A stretch of DNA of 64,000 bases from Piromyces finnis finn (lineage: Eukaryota; Fungi; Neocallimastigomycota), in the NCBI GenBank assembly GCA_002104945.1, contig MCFH01000009.1, forward strand, positions 744,001-808,000. The letters run 5' to 3'. The translations under genes and the position numbers were made by a program. This document shows positions 50,531-61,224 of the stretch, in pieces. The notes under the pieces are model-generated. The model was not told the origin of the DNA, searched no databases, and worked only from the letters and a program-made list of their open reading frames with translations. Within the stretch, counting starts at the first letter, position 1. Each line of letters starts with the position of its first letter.

Positions 50531-50764
50531 GACAACACATGGTTTATCTCTTTGATTTTACGTCCTTATGACAACGCATGGTTTACCTCTTTGGTTTTAC
50601 GTTTTCTTAACAACTCATGGTTAACCTTTGATTTTACGTCCTAATGACAACACATATGGATAACTCTTTTTGGTTTTACGTTCTCTTAACAACCTATGGT
50701 TAATCTTCTTGGTTTTACGTTCTTCGGACAACCTATGGATAACTCTCTGGTTTTATGTCCTTAT
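50531..50764. repeat. Six degenerate 37-42-bp tandem repeats inside the element
   Basis: Units start at 50531, 50570, 50609, 50646, 50688 and 50727; consensus about RACAACNCATGGTTWAYCTCTTTGRTTTTACGTYCTTWT. Confidence 0.9.
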
Positions 50765-51159
50765 AATTACAATTTTCTTTAGAATATTAGCATAATTGTA
50801 TTTCAATCTATTTGTAAATACTAATTAATAATGGTAAAATTTTAATTAAATTCTTAATAGTTATTTAGTTTATGTATATTGAATTTTAACATTTTCTTTT
50901 AGGTGTTTTTCCTTCCTTTTATGCCTTTTGTATTGATTAATTATTCTTATAATATTTAAGAATATTTTACTTTGTATTTGAAATTTTGTTCTTTTCATTT
51001 TTACATATTGAATATTGAATCTTATAAATTTTTACAATTTGAATTTCAATTCATTCTATTTATTAAGCCTTAGTTTCTATGCAATGTTTTAGTTATTTCC
51101 AATGTTTAACTAGAAACAAAAATTATTATCTTGAATTTTAAATTTCGTATATTCACTAC

Positions 51160-51167
51160 TTCCCCCT
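51160..51167 (-). other. Internal (central) polypurine tract copy
   Basis: Second TTCCCCCTCAAA (plus-strand reading), 1,000 bp from the first and not followed by LTR sequence. Confidence 0.7.
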
Positions 51168-51854
51168 CAAATCTAGATGTTTAGTAATAAATATTTAGAT
51201 TTGAAAATGAGAAATTTAAATTTCATAAAATTTCATTCATTTTGCATCAAATTTTCATAATAATGAATAATTTTCCATAACATATACGATAAGTATTAAT
51301 ACCTATATAAATAATAAATAACATATTCTAATGTTTTCATTCATTTTTCTCAATTGCTTATCCTTTAAAATATAGTGAAATAATATTTTCATGATAATAT
51401 ATTTTAATGTAGTGATAATCATAGAATATCAAACTAATGAATAAAATATTCCTCAATTATGTATTTCTTTACTTCAAATTAAAATAAGTAGATATACCAG
51501 TAAAATTATAACAAGTTAATATTGTAAGATAATGACATTTAAAATATCGATTATTGAAGAGAATAAAGTTCTTCTAAATTATATCGAAGTCGGCTCGGTT
51601 AATTAGAATGTCAGCTAATTGGTCGGCGATCACTCACTACGTTGAAAGTGGTGATTTATATATGAGGTTACTAAATCACCGTAAATTATATTTTAAAACG
51701 GCGTCACAACATTCTTGAATGTTGGTAATAAATAAATATGATGAATCAATGTCATCTAAATCTAAGGAGCCCTTACTATGAAGGTGCTACATTGTTATTG
51801 ATGGGACCAAATTAAATATATATAGGTCTAAAACCATCATTAATAATTATCTAT

Positions 51855-51980
51855 GAATATAACTCATTTCACGCTAAGTTAAATCATGATAAGTTGTTAA
51901 AATATTATTGAATATACCCATTTCACGCTAGGTTATTCAAAGTATATATATATGTAGAATATGCGCATTTCACGCTAAGT
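51855..51980. repeat. Three spaced copies of a 24-26-bp motif GAATAT-N3-4-CATTTCACGCTARGT
   Basis: Copies start at 51855, 51910 and 51957 with unrelated AT-rich spacers. Confidence 0.85.
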
Positions 51981-52680
51981 ATTTCTAACTTTAATAAATT
52001 ACCTCATTTGAAATATTTGCTATGTATATTAGCAATAACAGCCTACGGGATGAGCATTTGACCAGTAATATATTTGCTTTATAGGTAGCAATAATTTAAA
52101 TAATGCTTTTGAGGCTAAATATTATCTTAAAGTATTGTTATAATGATTTAATTCAAAGAATAGTATACTGGATTAAATTATATAATACTGATTTGAATGA
52201 AATTATCATAAAGAAATTGATTGACATTTTCACAAGGATAGTTTCAATGTTCATTGCATAATTTCATTACAATAGGGTATTTTATACAAACTTATCAAAT
52301 AATGTTTAATTATTCTAATTCATGTTTCTAATTGTATAAATTTTATGTATTTTCTTTATGTTCTATCTTTCCTCTATGGCGGAAAGAATATTTTCTCATT
52401 AAAATAGTAGTAGTTAAAATATTTTATTATTGCACAAATAATTTATTTACTTGAAATAAATATATATGTTTTCAATAACGATAATGCTATTTTATGAATG
52501 TTAATAAAACTAGTTCTTTTAAAAATAAAATGAATGTTTGTGGAAACGTTGATTGTATGTTTATGAATATTTACATAATTGAATATATGGATTTTTAAAT
52601 GATAATGAATGTAAATTGACATAGTGAGTAGATCAAAATCAAATTAATAAATTTAATAAATTGAGTAAATTAGGAGAATT

Positions 52681-53886
52681 CTAATATACAATATTTATTT
52701 GCCAAAACATTACTAACATTAAAGTAATAAATACATTTGTGAGAGAAATATATTTGAAGTTTACAGTTCCGTTTGAATCTTCTTGTTCTTCATTAAGTTG
52801 GTTATCAATAATATAATAACCACAAGATTCACTATCAACTATATTAATGTCATTATAAATATTAGTTATATCGGTATTGTTAGAGATAATTGGTGTATTG
52901 GATATACTGACTTTACTAATACTAGCATTATAATTAAACTCGCATAACTTATTAATATAAAATATACCAATATTATCACAAATTTCTTTTCCAACTTTAG
53001 TATATTTTTTTTTAAAATTGGTATAGGTTGAATAGTCACAACCTGCAAATAGTGCAGCCTCAGCTGCTCTTCTTCTTACTAATCCTGGAAAAGGTACTAA
53101 AACACCGTTTACCCTTCCTTTGTAGTATTCTAATATCTTTTTATTAATTTCTTCCTTTGTTCTCTGACCATTATTAGTTAATTCATCAATACTTCCAACA
53201 TTATAAGCAAAACTACATAATGCATCATATTCATTTTGATTCCAATTATATTTATAATTGAAAAATTTTACCATAGGACCATATTTTTTTTCGATTGAAA
53301 GTTTTAACCATTCCTCTGCAGTTTTTTCATCTATTGTTAAGCCCTCTTTGATATATGTGCCAGTAATATCATAGTTATCATTGGTAGTACCGTAACCAAT
53401 AGTCCATTTTCCAACCGAATCTTTATAGGCAGTTAATATACATCCTTCAAAACCTTTGATTATGTTAATTATATTGTCACTTACTTTTAATTGATCATTA
53501 TTTAGATTTGTATTTGAAACGCATAGTTGAACAACACTCTTTCCTGGGCATTGGTCCCTATATCTCGTGTAAGATTTTTCTGAACAGTCATCTTCATTTA
53601 TATTTTTACATTTTCCTGTACTTGGAAGAGTTGTTCCATCTGAAAGTTTTTTGACATATTTTATACAGCATTTAATCTTTTCCGAGTCATTTTTACAATA
53701 ACCTGGATATTTTGTAGCATTGCCTTCTTGTCCTTTATATACTATACATTGATCCTCATTAACGCAAACACCTGTTCCGACACTTTCTACATAACATTTT
53801 TGATTTTCAACAGCAATTACCAATGGTAGAATTAAAATTGTCGAAAAAATGTTTAAAAAATATATTACTTTGCTTCTTAATCTCAT
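52681..53886 (-). CDS. Secreted GH24 (phage-type) lysozyme/muramidase with N-terminal Cys-rich module and C-terminal hydrophobic (GPI/TM-like) tail; intronless, 401 aa
   Basis: IKGFEGCILTAYKDSVGKWTIGYG gives the E-x8-D-x5-T catalytic triad; ALCSFAYNVG; GLVRRRAAEAALF. Signal peptide MRLRSKVIYFLNIFSTILILPLVIA; two G-x-C..C..G-x-C repeats; tail ..DSNGTVNFKYISLTNVFITLMLVMFWQINIVY. Confidence 0.92.
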   Translation of the reverse strand: MRLRSKVIYFLNIFSTILILPLVIAVENQKCYVESVGTGVCVNEDQCIVYKGQEGNATKYPGYCKNDSEKIKCCIKYVKKLSDGTTLPSTGKCKNINEDDCSEKSYTRYRDQCPGKSVVQLCVSNTNLNNDQLKVSDNIINIIKGFEGCILTAYKDSVGKWTIGYGTTNDNYDITGTYIKEGLTIDEKTAEEWLKLSIEKKYGPMVKFFNYKYNWNQNEYDALCSFAYNVGSIDELTNNGQRTKEEINKKILEYYKGRVNGVLVPFPGLVRRRAAEAALFAGCDYSTYTNFKKKYTKVGKEICDNIGIFYINKLCEFNYNASISKVSISNTPIISNNTDITNIYNDINIVDSESCGYYIIDNQLNEEQEDSNGTVNFKYISLTNVFITLMLVMFWQINIVY

Positions 53887-54440
53887 TCTTTGGAGTATTT
53901 ATAATATTAATATATTTGATGAAATTTAATAACTCAATTGTAAATAATTATATAAAATAAATTTAGAGTTCACTAGTTAATTTATACTGTTTGTAGTGAA
54001 TAAAGTAAACTGAGAATGAAATTCTATTGTTTATTTAATTCTAAATTTATATTTCGAATTTGTACTTTATTAACTTTGAATTTAATTTTACAATATTTAT
54101 TCATAAATAGTTTCTAAAATAATTAATTCTTTTCAATTTTGAGTACTTTAATTTATTTATTTCTGAGTTTTAAGCATTGGCTGTATTTGAATAAAATAAA
54201 TTTTATGTTGTTTCAAAATTATTTAGAGTTCAATTTGTTTTGTTTATTTTTAAATTTAAAGATTTAAATTAAAAGTTAAAAAAATTTAAAATTCAATTTT
54301 AGAATAATTTGCTTTCGGAATTTAAAATTGTCTATATTATTTTAGTATAAGGAAACTTTGTTTATATCAGGTAATGTTTTTCTATTTTAGATTGCCATTT
54401 CAATTTCAAAATTTTGAAATCTCAAATTCTAGATCTCAAA

Positions 54441-54524
54441 ACAATTTTACCAAACATAGATAATTTCAGATTAAATAATTTAATTGTAATGGTTAGAATT
54501 TCCTACTGTTTTCTCCTTTGTCAT
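54441..54524 (-). pseudogene. Possible decayed copia gag 5' remnant
   Basis: The ATG at 54524, about 75 nt after the PBS, reads MTKEKTVGNSNHYN*NYLI*NYL, reminiscent of the copia gag NY-x-x-W motif with W mutated to a stop. Weak similarity only. Confidence 0.3.
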
Positions 54525-54599
54525 AATTTAGTGTCCAGCACTCTTATTCCATTTCTAAGAATCCTTTTAAGAGGCATTGAGATTCTCTCTTGAGAGTCA

Positions 54600-54614
54600 A
54601 TGAGACTCTTAATC
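54600..54614 (-). other. Primer-binding site complementary to the anticodon arm of tRNA-Lys(CUU) (half-tRNA type)
   Basis: Plus strand ATGAGACTCTTAATC equals nt 26-40 of the canonical metazoan-type tRNA-Lys(CUU) as I recall it (..GCATGAGACTCTTAATCTCAGG..). It abuts the LTR end with no gap. Confidence 0.75.
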
Positions 54615-54830
54615 TATTAAGAGTTGTTTAATTTAGGTTTATAATTATGTCAACTTTATTAATATATTTTATGATAAAGAACTACTTGCGTTAAATTCTT
54701 CTCAAACTACATGTATTTATACATTTACATTGTGGCTTAAACATATAATTAAATACAATATATACAAATACGTTTTAATACATTTCAATACATTTGAATA
54801 CATGTGACATAACGTTTCACATATTCTAAC

Positions 54831-54831
<1 letters not shown>
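54615..54831 (-). repeat. 5' LTR (217 bp)
   Basis: Direct repeat of 49943-50159. Minus strand has a TATAAATA box (54714-54721), AATAAA (54655-54660) and three ATGTATTNAA repeats in U3. Confidence 0.95.
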
Positions 54832-54863
<32 letters not shown>

Positions 54864-55285
54864 TATTTATCTAATAATTAAGGTTCAATAAGATATAATA
54901 TTAATTGTTAAATATTATAAAATAATGCATGTTTAAATATTTATAATAATTTACTTCAATTATATTTATGTATCAAGCCACAAATAATAACATACTATAA
55001 TATTATATTTTAAGTATTAAATAAATATTGTATTTACTATAGTTCTGATTATTATTTTCTATTAATGAAGAAATAAATAAATAAATATAAGAATATGTGA
55101 AATATAAGTGTTAAATATGTTGAAACATATTGTAATAAATTAAACATATAAGTTACATTATAAACATAGATAAATGCAATATGCATTTATTTTACATTAG
55201 TAACTTATTAGCTTAATCTAAGTTAACTACTTTTAATAATAATAAAAGATAATAAAAAATATTAGAGTCTATAAAAATTATATTT

Positions 55286-55287
55286 AA

Positions 55288-55342
<55 letters not shown>

Positions 55343-55355
55343 ATTAATTAATTAA

Positions 55356-55398
<43 letters not shown>

Positions 55399-55411
55399 AT
55401 TAATTAATTAA

Positions 55412-55502
<91 letters not shown>

Positions 55503-55503
55503 A
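55286..55503. repeat. (TAAA)n microsatellite with two TTAATTAA interruptions
   Basis: Direct read. Confidence 0.95.
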
Positions 55504-55565
55504 TATACACTGTAAATATATTTTAAATATTTTATTAAATAATATTTTTATTATTGAACATGCTT

Positions 55566-58500
55566 TTACGAGAACTTTTTAATATAGTTTTTTATATCAT
55601 ATTCTTCAAATTCTGGTTGGCATATACAGTCAATTCTATATTCATTCTTTATATATATATATATATTTAATTATATAAATATGCTTTTATTAAATTAAAA
55701 AGTATATTAGAATATTTCTTACCCTTGGCAGAGTACAAATACCAAATATAAATTCATTTCCAATAATGTCATTTAATATGTTTTCTTTGACATCTTGATT
55801 TTGATTCTTAAAAATATTTATTGATACACCAATAATTTCCTATTATTATTAGTATTAGAAGAATAATCATTTAATATCGTAATATTGTTATGCTAATTTT
55901 TTTTTTATTTTTTATTTTAAATTACAGTAGATATAGAGGAATCCGCAGATACAGTTAAGACTGATGTACCATCATCAATAACCCAATCTATAGCATATAA
56001 AGAAACTATATCTTCATTATTTATAGGAGATGCACATTGATCACAAAAATCAATACCATTATGTCTTGAAAGTGCTTTTTCACAATTTGAATCTATTAAA
56101 GGAATAAAGTTTTTTATAGTATTATAGTATTATATTTAATTATCATAGTCAATATTATTTAACATTATATAAAATTAATATATTACGGGCAAAATAATAT
56201 AAATCATCATCAAGTCGTTTTTTCCATCCAATAATTACAGCATTACAATAACAAAATACATTATCTTCGTTTTTTGATTTTAATTCACTTAAATAATTAA
56301 TTTGTCTAAATGATGGTGATGAAATAATGGATTTTAAGCAATTTACTAATTATATAAAATTTAATATGATATTACTATTTGAAATTTTATATTATGAAAT
56401 ATAAAAATATTTATTTTATATATAGTGCTTACCATTATATATTTTACAATTAAATTCTTCTATTCCATTTATATAAAATGTATTATCAATATAGTCACTA
56501 GTTATTAGGTTTTCTATAAATATATAATAACCGACTTTATATTTCAACATTTGTAATGCTAAATTATCCCATAAAGTAATATCTCTTATTCCTAATTACA
56601 TTTTGTTATTGATTATATAATAACAATATGAATTAAAAATTTATTTTAATAATATCATTTTGACTTAACAACATTTTTATTGTTTTACCTGTATTATCTT
56701 GAATCTTTATTCCAATTCTATTTTTAATTGCATTATCAACAATAATAGGATTCTTTATATGTATATAAATTTATAATTTAGATTTACTAATTTATCATAA
56801 AGATTTTTTAAAAGTAATATAAATTATATTATATTTTATTTTATATCATACATTATTTCCAATATATATAATTTGACAAAAAATAGATACATTTTTTGTA
56901 TTATTTCTTAAGTCGCATAAATATAGTCTTTCTTGAAATTGACTAAAATCCAATATTCCCTATAATTTAATGTATTTCAAAAATTAATAAATAACTTTTT
57001 TAATTTATAATTTAAAATATTTATATTAGATATATAAAATAGAAAAAGTATTTACATTATCATCTTCTGGTATATTACAGAGTTCGGATTGGGAAGACAG
57101 TTTCAAATGTTTAATATTCTGTTTATTAATAAAAATTAATAACTATCAATTTTTTATTTTATTTTTTAAATTAATATATCACCTGTTTTTCTTCTTTTTC
57201 AATTTTTATAAAAATGGTATCTAAACAATAATTCAAAATTTTCTTATTTTCTTTATCGTAATCTATTTGAGGATTATATATTGCAATATAATCTCCATTT
57301 TTTAATAACCTTACAAATGATATTTGTTCATCATATAAAAATAACGACATTGTATTTTGAGATTTTGTATCAGATATAATAATTTCCTTCTGTTCCATTT
57401 TTGTGTCCTTATCAGGTTTATAAGTTTTTGTTTCTTTTATTTCTTTAATTTTTACAATAATAGAAATTTCTTGATTTAAAACCTTGTTATTAAGTATATC
57501 GTCGATAGACATTTTATCTAAACACTCTGATATAAATCCAATATGTTCTTTATAATTTAAAGTAATAATTATATATTCTGTTGGTAAAAGTTTTGGATTC
57601 ATTCCTTTAATCACTTGTGTTCTAGTAAATTTTACATTTAAAGGCTTTTTTTTTTTAATATATTATCATAAAAAATATATATAAATTTTTTTTATGTTTT
57701 ACAATATATTATTTCAATATCATAATTATTAGCTTACTCTTCTAAACAAAGTATTCTTAAATTTTTCTATAACATTAAAAAACTTTTGGTGGACTATCAT
57801 ATCGATAGTGCAGTTACTATCTATTTCTTGTAAACTAAAAACATGTATAATTATGGGATTATAATAGATAGTAATTAAGGATTAAATATTATTAATTTTA
57901 TATATTATATTAAAAAACAATCGAAGTATTGTATAATTAAGTTAAAATATAAAAGTATAAAAAGGATATTAATATTGGTTTGGGGTATTGTTTTAATTTC
58001 TTTTAATGTAACATTAAATATAGAATTAAATGAAACTTCACTACGTTCATATATATTTTGTATAGATTCGAATTCTAATAATAAAATTATTAAATTTAAA
58101 ATTTTGATTGTTAATACTTATAAAATCTTTAATTTTGTTTTAACATTTCAGTGTTTAATATTTATTACTTTTTCCATTATCATTTTTAATTTGAGTATAG
58201 TTGTCAATCTTTAAATGAATAAATAATTGATAAATTTAAAGAATAAGAAATACAATTGTATTATCATTAATTAATATAGGCAATTATATAAAGACTCACT
58301 TCCATTTCTAATTCTGAAAAAACAATTGCATAAGTAATACCAGCTGGATATTGATTAAATAATTTAATTAAATGTGAAGCTATCCAATTCCTTTTATGAC
58401 ATTTAGTTAAAGAAAATAATGTTTATGTGAAGTATAAAATTTTAATTTCTTTGCTCATATTTATTTTTTTATTAGATATATGAAATAATTACCAAGATAT

Positions 58501-58587
58501 CTTATTACTTCTAGATTTATTTTTTCTAGTTTTATTAATATCATTTAATATATCGTATGTTTTTTGAATGCAAATAAGAAAATCCAT
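55566..58587 (-). CDS. Multi-OB-fold ssDNA-binding protein, probably of the S. pombe Cdc24 / plant CDC24_OB type
   Basis: N-term ISW|NWIASHLIKLFNQYPAGITYAIVFSEL; OB-like SLFLYDEQISFVRLLKNGDYIAIYNP; DITLWDNLA; Zn-ribbon-like C..FCDQC; WVIDDGT; C-term YRID. Family assignment is from recalled similarity, not a search. Confidence 0.55.
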
Positions 58588-58714
58588 TTTTAATAAATTA
58601 AATTATAAAATTCTAATAAAAATAATGAAATTAATTTTAATGAAAATATCTTATAATTCTGACTTTTAGAACTTAAACAATATTTTCTCATTAATAAAAT
58701 GGAAAACAAAATGA

Positions 58715-58747
<33 letters not shown>

Positions 58748-59176
58748 AAACTTTATTAATTGAATATAATAAACAAAATAATTTTCTTTTTTGATTTTTA
58801 TTATTTTTTATTAAATGAAATTTTATATGTTAAAATATATAAAATATTAGGTTTTAACTACTTTTTTTTTTTTTTTTTACTTTTTTAAAAATTAGTATTA
58901 AAAATATATTTTAAATATTTTGATATGTAACACAAAATGGTAAATAATAAAAAAAAATATATATATAATTATAATTTATTAATTATTATAATATTTTCTA
59001 TATATTTATATTATATTATGTCTATTAATTATATATTAATAATTAGGATAGTGATCAAAATTTAAAGTTTATTATTAATTAAACATTTCTACATTTTTTT
59101 TTTGTTTTAAAAATAAACAAAAATATAATTTCCACAATATTATATAAAATATAACTTTTCTTATTCTTATACAATT

Positions 59177-60521
59177 ATGGATATAAAGGATACAACTTTT
59201 AAAATTGAAGGATTAAATACTATAAATAGTGGAAATGAAAATGTAAATGCGATTAAGGAAACTATAGTTAAAACGGAAACTCCAATTTTAAATTCAACTT
59301 CTGAAGTTGGTTCTACTTCTACAACATCTACAGCACAAGCATCAACTTCAGCAGAAAATATTTCAAATCCTTCATTAAAACGTACAAGAGATGAAGCAGA
59401 ATCTTCGGAAAATCAAGAAGAAAAGAAAGATTCTATAAATGATGAAAATTATATTCAAAACATAAAAAAAACTAGAAAAGATAAATTAATGATTAAAAAG
59501 GAAAGATCTTGGACAGAATTTTTACTTCAATTAGATGACTATACACCAATTGTAAGAAATTCTTATTTTATTTTTTTTTTGTTTTATATTAAATATTAGT
59601 TATTGCTATTAGATTAATAAGGAGAAAATTAAGAATTTATTGGATTTAAAATTTAATTGGAAAATATTCAAAAATGGATTTCAAATTAATTTAAATTATG
59701 GATGATTTCATTTGAATCATTTAATAATAATAATTAAAAAAAAAAAAAAAAAAAAAGACTAATTAAATTATATATATAAGATTAATTAACATATACATAT
59801 ATAATATTGTTGATTAAAATTATATATAAAAATTTACTTTTTTTTTTTTTTTTTTTTTTTCTAGATTATTAGTATTGATGGAGATGGTTTATGAATTTTT
59901 TAAATTAATTACTTATTGTTTTAAATTTAATTTATTACAATAAAAAAATTCATTTTAAACAATTCATAAACGTGAAAAGTAATTGTATATTTTCTCCGTT
60001 TTGAATTAAATATTTTATAAAAATAATTTATTTATGATTTTTTAATTATTTTTAATTATAATTATTAATTGTGATATAGATTCCTGATGTTGTTACCGAT
60101 TATTATTTGGCTCGCGCAGGTTTTGAATCAGATAATGTTAAATTGTACGTATAAATAAGCCATTATATTTTAGACATATTATATTATATATTAATAATAT
60201 ATTATGGTAATGTTTGCCTTTAGAAAAAGATTATTATCATTAGCTGCTCAAAAATTTATTGCTGATATAGCTACAGATGCTTTTCAGCACAGTAAAATTC
60301 GACAACAAAACTCTGCACTTAAAGCAAAGGGAGGAAAGGTATACTAATATGATTAATAATATATAACATCTTTCTTTCTAATTATTATTATTTTTAAATT
60401 AATATTTTTGTTTTTAATAATATTATATTAGGATAAGAGAACTGTTCTTATTATGGATGATTTATCAACTGCTCTTCAAAGTTATGGTATTAACCTAAAG
60501 AAACCTGACTATTATATGTAA
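59177..60521 (+). CDS. TAF10: TFIID/SAGA subunit TAF10
   Basis: FLLQLDDYTPI|IPDVVTDYYLARAGFESDNVKL|KRLLSLAAQKFIADIATDAFQHSKIR..|DKRTVLIMDDLSTALQSYGINLKKPDYY. Confidence 0.95.
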
Positions 60522-60924
60522 AGAAAATATATAAAAGTGAAAAACAATATAAAAAATTAACAAACAAAGCAACAATAATAACAGCAACAATTTCAATTAT
60601 ATCTTTTATTATTTATCCAGTTTATTTTTATTTAATTTTATATTTAAAACTTTTTTCCCCCTTTATATATATATATATAAATATTATAAATATTCTGTAT
60701 TTTTTTTCTTCTTTATTCATTTTTTATTTTTATACATTGTAAATAATTATTATTAATATATTAATGATAAATGATTTTTACATATAAAATCTACAAAAAT
60801 AAACCAAACAAATCAATATTAACCATTTTCTAAAGATCAAAGAAAAAAAAAACATCATTCTAAATATTCTTAAACCTTTCCTATTTTTAAACATTTATAG
60901 AATATGGAAAATCATAAATTCTTT

Positions 60925-60963
<39 letters not shown>

Positions 60964-61224
60964 TATCGTTTTTTATTTATAAAAAATTATAAAATATATA
61001 AAGAATAAACATTATATAATAAAAAAATCTTTATTTTTATATTGTTTATTTAGTGTTTATATGCAAAATTAAAAGTAATAATTCAAATGTCTTTAAATAT
61101 GTTTTTAAAATTTATATTACTAATTATTATTCTTATTCTTATTCTAATTATATGTATATGTATATTAATAAATTAAATTTCTAAAAAAATTAAATAAAAT
61201 AAAATGAAATTGTTAAAGAGTCTT

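Larger units (their letters stand above)
49943..54831 (-). mobile_element. Non-autonomous Ty1/copia-type LTR retroelement carrying a lysozyme cargo gene
   Basis: Two 217-bp direct repeats with 1 mismatch; PBS next to the 5' LTR; PPT GAGGGGGAA abutting the 3' LTR; second PPT copy internally; 5-bp ATAAT on both flanks; no intact gag/pol ORF. Confidence 0.9.

Noticed and set aside
51855-51980. CRISPR array interpretation of the three spaced repeats
   Set aside because: Only three imperfect copies, eukaryotic context, no cas genes; kept only as a motif cluster.
52366-52387. TCTTTCC/GGAAAGA hairpin about 300 bp past the lysozyme stop (bacterial terminator or Helitron end?)
   Set aside because: No U-tract on the coding strand and no CTRR end; a single 7-bp stem is weak evidence.
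55091-55103. AGAATATGTGAAA match to the LTR start in the opposite orientation
   Set aside because: 13-bp AT-rich match without further extension.
59552-60079. Unusually long TAF10 intron (snoRNA host or poison exon?)
   Set aside because: No C/D or H/ACA box pair found; the candidate mini-exon after the poly-T tract has only a weak donor.
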